From: Camelus dromedarius
Lineage: Eukaryota
Reading direction: 5' to 3'
DNA: 64,000 bases
Assembly: GCF_036321535.1 (NCBI RefSeq)
Contig: NC_087436.1
Location: 58,964,001-59,028,000, forward strand
Made by a program: the position numbers and the translations under genes. Shown piece by piece: positions 24,338-37,571 of the stretch; position 1 is the stretch's first letter, and every line of letters begins with the position of its first letter. The notes under the pieces are model-generated. The model made no database searches, was not told where the DNA came from, and worked only from the letters and a program-made list of their open reading frames with translations.

Positions 24338-25373
24338 AAGATAATGGAACAAGATCTTTAATTTGCTAAGGGACAATTCAAATCAGAATTCCATTCCAAA
24401 ACTATCAGTCAAGTGTAAAAGCGTAAAAAAGATATTTTCAGATTAGCAAAGACTCAGAAATTTAAGAAGTTATCTGAGGATTTATCCAATAAAAATATGA
24501 GAGAAAATAATAAAGGAGAAAAATATGAGATCCAAGAAAGGGTTCATTGAAGCTGGGAGGTGCATGTTGTTTCATTTTAGAATGACAAATGTACCACAAA
24601 CCTAAAATGCAGCCAGTCTGTACGGTTGTAGGAATAAAGGGCTCCACAAATTAAGTGGAGAAATTAAGAGACAAAAGAGAACAAGTAAATACTTGTAAAA
24701 TCTTCAGGATTTGATAAATGAATTTGCTTTAAAAAAATAGGTTAGCTTAGTACCAAAATAGTAGACTTTCAATACCATTCAACAAATTGAGAGACTATAT
24801 TTATTTTGCATATTAAAGTTAATAATATAAATCAAAATAATACAATCAAGACCTGTACACTTACAGAGAGCCCCCTCCCATAAATACCTTATTAAAGTCT
24901 TGAGAAGATACTTTAATTATACTTACAGTTATTTCTTGATTATATCTTAGGTTCAGCTTGTATTTTTTGACTTTTTTCCTTATTCCACTTGAATTCTAAA
25001 ACTCTACTTTTGTGAACTTTTGAAAGATTGCTTCTATCTATGTTTATACTCGTCTTTCCCCTGTTTTGTTAATTTCTGTTTTTTAGATGTATGTTTTCTA
25101 TCATCTTTTGAATTTTCCTACATATTATTGCTTTTCATTTTATATTATTATTTACATTTATTTTTAAATATCTGTAGCATGTTTTGAAATTTTTATTAAA
25201 ATCATATGAAGGGGAACTGTTCATTCTCATTGATTTCCCAAAGGTGCGTATTCTTTAAGAGAAAAGTTGAAAAGGAATATTTATAGGAAAAGGGGAAAGT
25301 TATCCTTCAAACGTGAATTATAGTTTAGGATGAACAATAAAGATAAGGAAATTACTAACGGAAATATGGCTAT

Positions 25374-26164
25374 TGTTAAAAAAAAATAATAATCCCAAAT
25401 GAAGTCATGTATGCTGTCCCATATCACCTAACCAAGATTTAATTTAATTACAGTTTCTGCTCTCCCAGAAATGGAATCTTAAAACAGTCAATCAAGAATC
25501 ACCTGATCAGCACCAGTTAGGTAATCTGCCTGATAGAACCCTGACATTCCCTAGAAGAAAGTAACTTTGGGATAAACAATCCACTTTTGCCTAGTAGAAC
25601 TTCTTCTGGCTCCCTTCTGACTATAAAAAGTCTCTCATTTTGTACAGCTCCTCAGAACTTTTTCTTTTTTTTTTTTCACTTTTTCAGCTTTTTTTTTTTT
25701 TTTAATTGAAGTATAGTCAGTTTACAATGTGTCAATTTCTGGTATACAGCATGTTTCAGTCATACATATACATACATATATTTGTTTTCATGTTCTTTTT
25801 CATTATAGGTTACTATAAGATATTGAATATTAGTTCTCTGTGCTATACAGAAGACACTTGTTGTTTATCTATTTTATATATAGTAGTTAGTATTTGCAAA
25901 TCTCAAGCTCCCAATTTATTCCTTCTCACCTCCTTTCCCCACTGGTAATCATGTTTGTTTACTATGTCTGTGAGTCTGTCTCTGATTTGTAGATAAGTTA
26001 ATTTGTGTCTTTTTTTTTTTTTGATTCCACATATGAATGATATTATATGTTATTTTTCTTTCTCTTTTCTATCTGCTAGATTGGATGCTGCCCAATTAAA
26101 ATCAGTTTTTCCTCAAAAAAAAAAAACTTAAAAATTTTAATATGCCTCCGTTTATCTTTTAACA
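25374..26164 (+). mobile_element. ERV1-class solo LTR (MER34-like) split by an L1 insertion
   Basis: TGTTAAA...TTTAACA termini, 4-bp TSD CTAT (25370-25373, 26165-26168), TATAAAAA at about 25622. Confidence 0.85.
25660..26068 (-). mobile_element. Younger lineage L1 3'UTR
   Basis: Long T tract then TTGAAGTATAGTCAGTTTACAATGTGTC; same family as 9692-10070. Confidence 0.92.
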
Positions 26165-27749
26165 CTATAAAGTCACTGTACGTTTCCTTGATCTTATATG
26201 ATGTATTTCTTCTCACTACTGGTGACAATTCCTAATACCAAAGGATTTTATTTATTCATAGTTTTTTCTTGATGTGCTTCTTAAAGTGACATCCTAGATG
26301 TTTATGAATTATTTTCAAAGTGGTTAGGTACAAGTACAATTATTCTCTGCAACGTGAGGAATTATGTATGTATTTGAGCTCTGTTATTAAACAATTCAAT
26401 TATAAAAATTTGATTTATTGCGAAAATGGTTGGGGTAGTAACATTTGTAAAGTTATATCTAGTAGATTGTATTGTACCTTACAACTATGTTCTCTGTGAT
26501 GTTTTACTTCTAGCTGAAGTAAGTTTGGTGTCATACTTTTGACTAAGGACCATGGAATATGGAAAGATATTAACTCTCCTTAGATTAGCTGAAATCTGTA
26601 TGAAGCTTCTTTAGATATCAAGTTACTTAGATTAGAAAAAGGGATTTGGTTAAAAACTATACAAGAAAATGAGGAGAAAGCTAATTTCCTTGTTATAGCA
26701 AGGCCTTGTGGGAATCCAGGAATAGTAGGTAGATCAGGACATGCAAATGAAATTCAAAACTGCAGTACAGGCATAGCTTTTGAAAACTAGATGATGGAAA
26801 CCAGGAGGCAATTCAGAATCTTGAGTTGCCAAGATACCCTGAGATATTATCGTGCTAAAGAATCAGCTGTGCAAGTTTCCTCTTCATTTCTGTATTGCAT
26901 CATTTATGTGATTTACATGCTCCCTCTCAGCTCCTGTTGCTGTTCACCAGCTATTTCTATACATTATTACTACTAGCAGTAGTGCTCATAGTATAAAGAT
27001 GATTAATTTCATCTTTCTTTCCCTGTGCAGTGTCTGATATCCTTTTCTTCTTTCAGCTTGAGCAGCTGCTAGTAAATACTGGGTTTGCATAACACTTTTA
27101 AATCCCTCACTGAAAGACTCTTACAGGTTTAACTTAGTCACCTCTCCCTTGTCAGCTAAAACATTCATTACTGAGAAATTTTATAAAGTCCACCAATCAG
27201 CATGTGGTTGATCTTCCCTCGAGGCTAATGCTCTCCCTTGGCCCAGCTGGCTGTGGTCACAGAAGCAAAGTCACATGTCAGGCAGCATGGCCACCGATGC
27301 TCTCAGACATGACTGGAACCATTGGAAGCTATGGGACAGAACATTCCTTCGTCCAAATTTCACAACATAGACTCCATGGTGTATGTTATCTGGCTTGACA
27401 TTTAATAGTTTTGAAACACTTATGATTTTCTTGAAAAGCCTCATGTCTTAAATTAGGCTTCTAGGGAATTCTGATGCATTGCAACTAAAACTGAAATAAT
27501 TTTACACATGCTAACAACTCAAAAATACATTTTTGACAGATAAGGTATCTTTTGAAAATAATTAAAATTTTATACTTTTATACTTATTTTGTAAAGCCAG
27601 TCTTTGATGGATAAATTAGAAGACTTCTTATTATTCTCTAATATTGTTATTTAGAAATTTTATATCTCTGCTTGGGTTTCTACCAAACTGAACTCAATAA
27701 TCCAATATAATTGGTTCAATTAACTATTGTTTATTTAAACTGTTAAGTA

Positions 27750-29635
27750 GTGGGTACAATTTATATATTGAGTGATATAATGAATACAAAAACCTAAGCC
27801 AACACATCTGCAAGTTTATTAAGTATATGAAAAGATACAAATAGAATACAGTATTATTTTGTGTTGAGGTTTTTGGATCAAAAAAGGCAGTGTATAAAGT
27901 AGCTTGAGTATTTTGAAGAAAGCAGATGTGAGTAAAACATTTTATAAATCCTTTTTCACTTGGAGAAACCTCAGAATCACAATAGAATTTACTCCAGAAA
28001 ACAGTGTGGCCTGATGTAAAATCAGAAGGAAAAAAAGACAAAGGAACTGGGAAAAATGATAGCAACGTTCTTTGGAGAGCTCAACAATATATTGCAGCTG
28101 GTATGGAGATTTCATACTATTCTTCATAAATAATCTGTAAACAAAATCTAAGCACTGTTGATTCTAAAAGTATACAAAATTGTCAAAATAACAGTAATTT
28201 TAATCAGTTAAAGGGAAAATGGTGTTAGAGTTTGTTTCACACCTGTTAGAAGTGACAAAAAGAGTGAACTTACTGATAATATGTAAACCATTTTGTAAAA
28301 CTTGTATATGACATGGGATATGTGCCAGAACTGATTCGCGGGCTATTAGTAACTGAAATGCGATAGATAATCTGAAAATAAAAGCATCCTCTATAATAGA
28401 AGCAAAAGAAACAAAATGTTGGAAGATGGGATTTGAACTTCTACATTAGGGTTAAAATTCTAAATATTATTTATGAACAGGGAGACACATGTTGGATCTA
28501 GTCAATTCTATATATTCAACTATGTAAATTATCCCCCAAATCATGTAAGTATGTAACTTTAAGATATTTCCTTAATGCTCTTAAATATTGTTACAGAGAT
28601 ATTATAAAAATGAAAACTATAGAAAAATATCACAAGTAAACTAACCAGTTTAACAAATCATATTTCTATTTTCAGAACTTCATTCCAGTTTTTGACCACA
28701 TACATACTTTTTACAAATTAGCAATTATTGAAAAGATAGAGTATTAAGTTTTAAAATTTTATATATCAAAATCATTTTTCAAGGTGATGCAGAATTTTTT
28801 AACTGTCACTTTTAATGGCTGCATAATAGTCCAATAATTTGATGTAACATAATTATTGTCTTCCACTGCTTCACATTTAGTTTGTATCCATTGTCTCTTA
28901 TGAATAATGCTGCAGTGGAATTCATGTTGCCCATGTTCTCATACTTCTCTTATATTATCTCCTCAGGACAAAACATTCTGGACATAGAATCTTGGCTTTG
29001 GTACTGGGAGTACAGGGACAGCAGAAATGGAGCAATGAATTTAAAAATATGATGCTCTATTTTAAACCGAGTCCATTATCTAACTCCATACTTTAATTAA
29101 CACTGATAGGTTTTTGTCTGAACCCTAAATTCAAGGTTTAGAAAACACTTCAGATTAAATATTGCATAAGTGATTAAAAGCCGGGAAATGACATTAATAA
29201 TTTGACAAGGATGGTACTAAGAATGTGTTTGTTACAACTGAGTCTAAACTTTACATCAAGGTGTAATTTCTTAATGCTAGGGGATGTTAACAATCTTGGC
29301 AAACTTTAGGAACATATATCAGGGTCGGTTCTGATGATTTAATCCAAAAGCAGCAATAATCTTGGAAGATGAGATAAGAACTCTTGTTAGAATAAATTCA
29401 CTATCTCAGAGGTGGAAAACGTTTTGTGTTTCCAAGATTTAGCATATGGCCAGGGTGCAATGTGAATAAATATCAATGGAGTAAAACAAGTTAGGGATCT
29501 TTGATGTTAGCCAGATGATCAAAGTGGATGTTAGAGTTACCAATACTGGCAGCAGATAATACAGTAAAAGAAAAATACAACCTGAGATTTAAATTACATT
29601 GAAAGTAGAAAAAAAATTAATTGCAAAGTGAATAG
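27750..29635 (+). pseudogene. Candidate decayed large coiled-coil exon, interrupted by an ancient L1 piece
   Basis: One frame from 27861: VLRFLDQKRQCIK*LEYFEESRCE*NIL*ILFHLEK...KQCGLM*NQKEKKTKELGKMIATFFGELNNILQL; later AAIILEDEIRTLVR, VQCE*ISME*NKL, TVKEKYNLRFKL. Confidence 0.45.
28600..28995 (-). mobile_element. Ancient L1ME-like 3' fragment
   Basis: TTTTAATGGCTGCATAATAGTCCA, ATAATGCTGCAGTG; left boundary uncertain. Confidence 0.6.
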
Positions 29636-29699
29636 ATTATGACATTGATTATGTGGACTTAAAATGGAAATAAATGAAATGGAAATTTTGTTCCTTTTC

Positions 29700-30865
29700 A
29701 TCATTATCACCCACCCCATCCCCAGTGTTTTTTGTTCTCAACATAGCAAATAAAGTGATTCTTCCAAAATGTAATTCAACTCTCGACACTGTTTTGCTCA
29801 AAACCCTCCAATAACGATTCCTCTGTGTAAAAACAACATAGGGTATGTCTTTCATGGTCTATGAGCCTATACAAGACCTGGTCACTGTTATGTCTCAGAT
29901 TTCCCCTCCAAAGTCTTTACCTCCAACTTACTCTGTTTTAGGTGTGATAGCCTCCTTGATGTTTCTCAGAAACTCCTAGCTTTTAAACTGAGCTCTCTTC
30001 TTTTCATGAACTGTTCTTCCCCCACATATCAATGAGGTTATGCCTTCATCTTCTCCTACCTTCCTTTGCTCAATGAGCTCTGCCCTGACCATTCTATTTC
30101 AAATGAAAGTCTACCCTCCTAACTTAGTTCAGGTTGCTATAACAAATTACCAACAACAGAAACTTATTTCTTACAGTTCTGAAGGCTAAAAATCTGAGAC
30201 CAGTGTGTCAACATAGTTGGGTGCTGGTGAGAGCCCTATTCTGAATTGCATTCTTCTCCTGGCAACCTCATGTGTTGGAAAGAGGATGAGAGCTCTCTAG
30301 TCCCTTTTAGAATGGCACTAATCCACTCTCATGACCTAATTATTCTTCCAAAGTCCCATATATGTTGGGGGTTGGGGTTTCCACATGTGAAAACGAGGAT
30401 ACAAACATCTAGTCCATTGTATTCTGCCCCAGTCCCCACACCAATTCTTGTCTTTCTCACATGCAAACTATATTCATGCCATCCAACAGTTCCAAAAATC
30501 TTAACTCATTCCAGCATCAACTCTAAAGTCCAGTCTTATCTAAATATCATCTACATCAGATATGGATGAAACTCAAGGTAAAATTCATCTCATGGCAAAA
30601 TACTTCTCCTGCTATGAATTTACTTGCCCATTCTTAACCCCTTTATTCTGCTCTTATAGCAATTATCAATTTTAACATTTATTATAATTTCATTTTTAAT
30701 ATTTATTGTTTATGGTCTATTTCTCACACCCACAATAGAGTGGAAGTACCTCCTGAGCAAAAGTATTTTGTCTCTTATGTTCACTGATGTATCTCAAGAA
30801 TACTACCTGGCACATAGGTGACACAATAAAAATATATTCATAAATCAAGTAAATGAATGAGCATT
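29700..30865 (+). mobile_element. L2 3' region split by a MaLR insertion
   Basis: TGCTCAAAACCCTCCAAT, CCCTGACCATTCTATTTCAAAT; ends CCTGGCACATAGG...AATGAATGA. Confidence 0.85.
30122..30620 (-). mobile_element. MLT1A-like LTR plus adjacent MaLR internal sequence
   Basis: TTAGTTCAGGTTGCTATAACAAATTACC...ACAAACATCTAGTCCATTG then TCTTAACTCATTCCAGCATCAACTC. Confidence 0.85.
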
Positions 30866-31009
30866 GACTGAAGGTTTTGAGGAAAGAAGGTAAATCAAAG
30901 ATTAAGATGGCTCTGCAGAATACCAAGTAATAGAAATAGGAACAGCGGCATTGAATGTGGTGTATTGGGTGAGAGTCAAATTTGGTCACAAATCTTTTCC
31001 AGATTCTTT

Positions 31010-31357
31010 TCCACTATAGGTTATTACAAGATATTGCCTAAAGTTTCCTGTGCTGTACAGTAGGCCCTTATTGTTTATCTATTTTATACATAGTAGTATG
31101 TATCTATTAATCACAAATTCCAAATTTATCCCCTTCCTTTTCCACTTTGGTAACCATAAGTTTGTTTTCTATGTCTGCGAGTCTATTTCTGTTTTGTAAA
31201 TAACTTCTTTTGTATCATTTTTTTTTAGATTCCACATATAAGTGATTTCATATATTTGTCTTTCTCTGTCTATGTCACTTAGTATGATGATCTCTAGGTC
31301 CATCCATGCTGCTGCGGAATTATTTCATTCTTTTTATGGCTCAGTAATATTCCATTA

Positions 31358-31409
<52 letters not shown>

Positions 31410-33265
31410 ATCTATCTATCTATCTATCATCTATCTATCTATCTATCCATCCACCCACCCATCTCTCTCTCTCTCACATCTATCTATCTATCCACCAACC
31501 ACATCTTTATCTATTCATTTATTAATCAATGACATTTAAGTTGCTTCCATGTCTTGGCTATTGTTGTAAATAGTGCTGCTATGAACACTGGTGTGCATGC
31601 ATGTGTCTTTTCTAGTTAGAATTTTCTCCAGATACATGCCCAGGAATGTATCTGGAAAGGCTGGATCATATTGTAACTCTACTTTTAGTTTTATTATTTT
31701 TTTTCATCAGTGTCTTGTACTTTTCAGAGTACAGATCTTTTGTCTCCAAGGTAGGTTTATTCCTAGATATTTTACTCTTTTGGATGCAATAGTAAAATGG
31801 GATTTTTTCATTAATGTCTCTTTCTGATATTTTGTTTTTAGTGTATAGAAATGCAACAGATTTCTGTGTGTTATTTTTGTATCCTAAAACTTTACCAGAT
31901 TTATGGATGAGCTCTAGTAGTTTTCTGGTGGCGTCTTTAGGATTTTCTATGTATAGTATCTTGTTGTGTTCCTCTTTGGGCTGATCCTGTATAGGATTCT
32001 CTGTGCTTCCTGGACTTGTGTGACTGTTTCCTTTCCCAGGTTAGGGAGGTTTTCAGCTATTATCTTTTCAAATATTTTTTTCAGGCCCTTTATCTCTCTC
32101 TTCTCCTTCTGGGACCCCTATAATGCAAGTGTGCTTGATGTTGTCCCAGAGGTCTCTTAAACCATCCTCATTTCTTTAAATTCTTTTTTCTTCTGTATGT
32201 TCAGCTGCAGTGATTTCCATTACTCTGTCTTCCAGCTCACTGATCCATTCTTCTGAATCATTTATTCTATTGTTGATTCCTTCCAGTGACTTTTCATTTC
32301 AATTATTGTATTCTTCATTTAAGTTTGGTTGCCCTTTACATTTTTTAACTCCTTGTTAAAAACTTCTAACTCCTCGTTCTGTGCATCCATTCTTCTCTCG
32401 AGTTCTTTGATCATCTTTACAATCATTACTCTGAACTCTTTCTTGGGTATTGCCTATCTCTGCTTCACTTAGTTCTGGGATTTTATCTTGTCCTTTTTGT
32501 CTGAAACATATACCTTTGCCACCTCATTTTGTCTAAGTTGCTATTTGTATTTTTAAATATGTGGTAGGTTAGTTATGTTTCTTGCCTTTGGAGAAGTGGC
32601 CCTCTGTAGGAAGTATGCTATGTGTCCCAGCAGTGCACTCCCTTCTCGTCACCCAAGCTATATGCTCACGCTTTCACCCTAAGAGGGCTATGCTGGCCTT
32701 TCTGTGGTAGTGGGCTAACTATATGGGTGATCTGGTGGTTCCCAGATGTGGTTAGTTGCCAGGCCCCGCCTTGTGCAGATGCTGCTGGTTACTGTTTAGG
32801 GTCCTATCAAATGACTTCTTTTGCCCCATGTCCCAGTGCATGTGAGATTTTGTGTGCATCCTTTAAGAGTGAAGCCTCTGTTTCCTTTAGCCCTGTGGGG
32901 CTCCTGCAGTTAAGCCCTGCAAACTGGGAGTTGGTCTTCCTGGTGGTTCTGGACCCCTGGGCTGGGAAGGCTGACATGGGGCTCAGAACTCTTGCTTCTG
33001 TGGGAGAACCTCTGCAATGTCATTTCTCCTGTTTGTGAGTCTCCCCCCGTAGGGTATGGGATTTGATTGTATCAGGAATCTGCCTCACCTCCCAGTCTTG
33101 TTGTGGCTCCTTCTTTGTGTCTTTAGCTGTGGAAATTCTTTTCTTATAGGTTCCAGTCTTCTTTATGGGCAGTTATTCTATAGACAGTTGTGATTTTGTA
33201 GTGCTCGTGAGAGAAGCTGAGTTCAGGGTCTTTTTCCTCTACCGCCTTGGCTGCAGTTCCTCTCT
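31010..33265 (-). mobile_element. Internally deleted LINE-1 (3'UTR / short ORF2 piece / ORF1-5'UTR)
   Basis: 3'UTR 31010-31690, ORF2 piece 31690-31960, ORF1/5' block homologous to 62730-63560. Confidence 0.88.
31357..31492 (+). repeat. (TATC)n compound microsatellite inside L1 3'UTR
   Basis: Direct reading; explains the IYLS repeats in ORF 31242-31532. Confidence 0.97.
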
Positions 33266-34279
33266 TTGAATCAATAGATATTTTCTTAATGAACTTCTAA
33301 TAGCATCTAATCAGACATTAACCCATACACATTTTCTCTTCATTCTTTATTTTTTCATGTTCTTAGTGCTTTTTATAAGACCTACTCTTCTTCTTCTCAA
33401 ACTCCGTTAACTTTTTGAAGCCTAGAAACTGTGTCATGTCACATTGAGAATATTAAAGACCAGAAATAATATCATGTAATATTAGGATAGAAGTAAACTT
33501 AAATGATCATAAAATATGCAGTTCTCCATTTTTAGATTGTTCTAAGTATTTGAATTATCTGTCTTGTCTAGATTTAAAATAAATGTCCTTAAAATTACCG
33601 CTGCTGTTTCTTGACCTAATCATTTGGGCTAAAACAAAAGATAAATATCCCAGTTGTGCTTTCATGTATCATTCAGTTAACAAACATTTAACGAATGATC
33701 CTATGAACCACACAGAGTTAGGGACTGAGGATACTGATTTTGAAAAGTATTTTTCCTCAAGTTCTATACAGCACAGTGCAAAAGACTAAGCCAATAGTAG
33801 ATGACTATAGTAAACACTTGATAAACACTTTTGCAAAAATCAAACAGGTAGTTCTGTAGTCACACAGAGTGTACTTAATTCACCCTAGGGAAAAAAAAAC
33901 CCCACAAAATATTAGCAGTTTTCTTTCTTTGACCTTTGCTCCTACCTGGATCTGCAGTGCAGGTGTGTTATGTCCCTGTAAACTCTCATCATCTCCAGTA
34001 GCAGTGCGCTGCTCTCTGTGATGGCCATGTCCTCTCTAGATATAGTATCTTGCAACAACAGAGAGAAACAAATAACTGTAATAGTACATACATCTGTTAC
34101 TACTTAACACTGAGACAGATTTTCTTCTGTCTCATAGTATTTTTGGATCCCCTTTGTATCTCAAATACCGTTACTTTTTCAGTAGAGTTTTTTTTTTTTT
34201 AATCATTCTTTTAATCTCTGCCTTGGATTTTTCTTTAACTATTTTCCTCATTAATCCAGCATATATTTTTCTTCATAGT

Positions 34280-34880
34280 GACGCTCCACTCTTCCAAATT
34301 TCCTCTTTCAGACAGATTCTTCTGTCTTCTTTACTGGTTTCTTCTTACCTATATCAAATTGCCTCAGGGCTATGTCCTGTATTTTCTTCTTTTTTCTCTC
34401 CACAAATCACTTTTAGGTGATTCCATTTACTATTAGTGATTTTAAAAATCATTTGTCAGCTTAAAAGGTCCTAAAATTTTACCTTCAGGCAAAGACACCC
34501 TTAGATTTACATACCCAATTTTAAATTTGACATTCCATGTGGCTGTCCCACAAACATCTGAAATTCCTAACTCCCAAATCTGAAATCTGAAATTTTCTCT
34601 CCTTCCCTTCCACATCCAGTCTTTGTGACTCTAAATTCAAATATGACTGTATTCTATTTACATATCTCCATCTTCACTGCTACCATACTAGTTCACAGCA
34701 CCATTGTCTCAGGCCTGCATTATTGCAATAACTTCCTAAATCATCTCCTCAGTTATCATCCGTTAAACTGCCTAAAATTTATTTTACCATGACTAGTTGC
34801 TTCCTTTTTTAAAATCTTCCATAGTTTCCCATTATTTTTAATATTAAATAAAAATGTAACAATAGAGCCTGTAAGACCTT
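34280..34880 (+). mobile_element. L2 fragment
   Basis: CTCCATCTTCACTGCTACCATACTAGTTCACAGCACCATTGTCTC...ATTATTGCAATAACTTCCTAA. Confidence 0.75.
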
Positions 34881-35739
34881 GAAACCATGTTTATAAAATG
34901 ATATATACACATATTTGGTAAAAGTAATTGCCTAATAAAGGGTAGGCATCTGTTTCCTAAGGAGAACATAAGGACTAGAGCAAGTATGAAAGCACATATA
35001 CTTTCCTCACATTCATTATTTGATGTACATATAACAATCCAATGCAGAATTCAAGTAGTATCTTAAGCAGAAATATTATAAAGATTAAACAAGGTGAGGT
35101 GAGTAAGATATCTGAAAGGGGCATGCTGCTTAGGTTCTGAATAAGTAGTGCTTTTATTTTTCATTTTATTATCTCTATAATCATATAAGGAATGTGCAAA
35201 AAAAGAATTACACCATAGTTTAATCCTGAAGGTGCCAATTTATCATCTTATATGTGATTACTTTAGCTCTGAATAGATTGCAGACAGTAGAGAAAATTTT
35301 GGGCTGATTTGTGTGATAATGGGAAAACAATACTGAACTTCATTTATGTAGGGTAGCAAGATGTCTTCCCTAACAGGGAAATACTTTATATATTTTAAGT
35401 GTTCATTTCTGCTAAGGTCAATTTTACAAATAGAACAATTAATTCTACTAATCTTATTAATCACTGTATAAAATCCCAACCAAAATAATAAAAACAAAAA
35501 TAATTGAAACAAAGATATTCTTAGCTATTTTTAATTTCTTTTTTCAATGGCACCTTAGTTATTTCACATCTTGAACAGAATTTATTCCAAAGAAATCTTT
35601 CCTTTGTAGTCATCTTAAAACAATTTATTGCGGGTGTGTATAAAGATACGTGGCTAAAGAAAGAATATTTAAATTAAAAAAAGAATGTTTTATTAAGCAA
35701 TAACTGAGAATCAAAATATGCTATTATGTTCTTTTGCAG

Positions 35740-35837
35740 TTTGAGTTCTTAGAACAAGAATATTTTCCTGATAAGTTGGAGATAAATTCATTGTATAAAA
35801 TGATGGAGAATACAAGAAAATTTCACTTCTCTGAATT
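35740..35837 (+). pseudogene. Candidate coding exon, still open
   Basis: TTCTTTTGCAG acceptor; FEFLEQEYFPDKLEINSLYKMMENTRKFHFSE; TT|GTAGGC donor-like site. Confidence 0.45.
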
Positions 35838-36859
35838 GTAGGCTCTCTTACCACTTCTTCCAAAAATTTATGAACACATAATTTATAAACATAATATTTT
35901 ATTAAAAAAATGAGAATGTCATTTTATATAATACTAGATTAAAAAATTCTTTATTCATTTTTATTAAAGCAAAATAGTAGCAAATTATCATTTTATATTT
36001 GAGACTCTATTTTACCTCCTGTCAAGTTGAGAATTAGAGAAATGTTATAACAAATTTGATATTTGCTTCCAAGATGTATCAAAATGTTTGAGCCATTTTC
36101 CAAACCTCCTAATGATTTAGTTTACTAGAGGATTCTGTTATTGTGAAATATATTAGATAAAGCACTCAGTTATAAACCCAAAAGTTATGGGGAAAATAAC
36201 CTAATAATTATGAGCCTCAGATTTTAATGTGTAAAAACTAGCATAGTACACTTCCTTTATCAATTTCTTGCAAATTTGATATGAGGATACTTCTAATAGG
36301 AGCCAGAATGAGCTGAACTGTTAGGAAGGCCTCCCCACAGTGTGTAATGAAAGTTTGAAAGACGGTGATGACCAGGATATAAGTTGTGACATAAATTTTA
36401 GTGAATTCAGTCATGGTATCATCGAAACACCTCAGGAGTGGGAAGAGGACCCAAGGCGATCTTTTTACTATGTAATAATAGTAACAAGTTTAGTTTATAG
36501 AAAGAGATACTTGAGAGGTAAAAGCATAACTAGTTACAATAACCTGATGTAGCTTTTTTGTATGAAATTTTCAACTTTTTATAATCACTCCAAAAAAGCC
36601 AAATAAGTACTAAAATTAAACTCAAAGAAAAAACTATGTGAAATTTTTAAAAATTATAAAGAAACGATCTTGATTTCAGAGTATTCTGAAGGGGCATACA
36701 TTTCAAAAATTAAGCTTCATTACAGAATATTTTACTTGCTTGAATGAGGAAAACTGTTATAAGAATGTTTGTAGTTGTTGTTGGTAATTTGAAAAATGTG
36801 TGAAACCACTCAAATATTCATTGAGAAGATAATGGATATATCTGTAATATATTCATTCA

Positions 36860-37100
36860 TACAGTAAAATGTGAAGCCTCTGAAGTCATGCTTTATAGAT
36901 TTGAATCCCTGGTCTACTACTAATTTTTGTGTAACTATTTTAATTCTCCATATCTCAGTTTTCTCACATATAAAATATTGACAATGAGAGCTTCTACTAG
37001 TTATGGTTTCTGTAGAAATAAAAGAATTTGGACACACAAAGAACTTAAAACAGTTTCTGAAACATAATAAGCATTATATGAACACTAGCTATTATTTTCT
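36860..37100 (+). mobile_element. MIR
   Basis: TTTGAATCCCTGGTCTACTAC, TCTCAGTTTTCTCACATATAAAAT, CTTAAAACAGTTTCTGAAACATAATAAGC. Confidence 0.85.
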
Positions 37101-37571
37101 TATCATTTTTATGCCATGACAACAATGAATAAACCATGAATGATCATATGGTAAAGTGAATGACAGTCCTTAATGTAACATTGAATAATAAAAATGTGTT
37201 CCAGAAAATTATGTATAATATGATACTATTTATATGAAGTTCCTGAACAATGCCTATTCAAATATATTGTTTTTAAGTATACTTACACTTGTCATAAAAC
37301 TAAAAAGGAAGCAGAAAAGTAATTACATTTTTCATCAAAGCAATAAGTTCTGAGCAAGGCTAGAGGATGGGAAAGTGGCAGGAAGCATACAGGGAGCTTT
37401 AAAGAGAGTAATCATTGCAAATGTTTTAATCGGGTGGTGGATTTACCAGCGCCATTTATCATAAACTACTGAGAATTTACATATTATTTTGTAATAAGCT
37501 ATTTTTGAACAAGACTGAAAAAGATGATTCATAACCATCTAGCACACACTCATTTTCAAGATTACTAGAAA

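Larger units (their letters stand above)
19500..24750 (+). mobile_element. Ancient HAL1/L1 ORF1-type element, fragmented by younger insertions
   Basis: 5'-like block 19500-20110; ORF1-like degenerate blocks 23200-23810 and 24340-24500 (AATACAAGGAAATTTC, TTTCAGAAC, GAAGACAATGG, AAACTATCAGTCAAGTGT). Confidence 0.55.

Noticed and set aside
31242..31532. IYLS-repeat protein
   Set aside because: Translation of the (TATC)n microsatellite within an L1 3'UTR.
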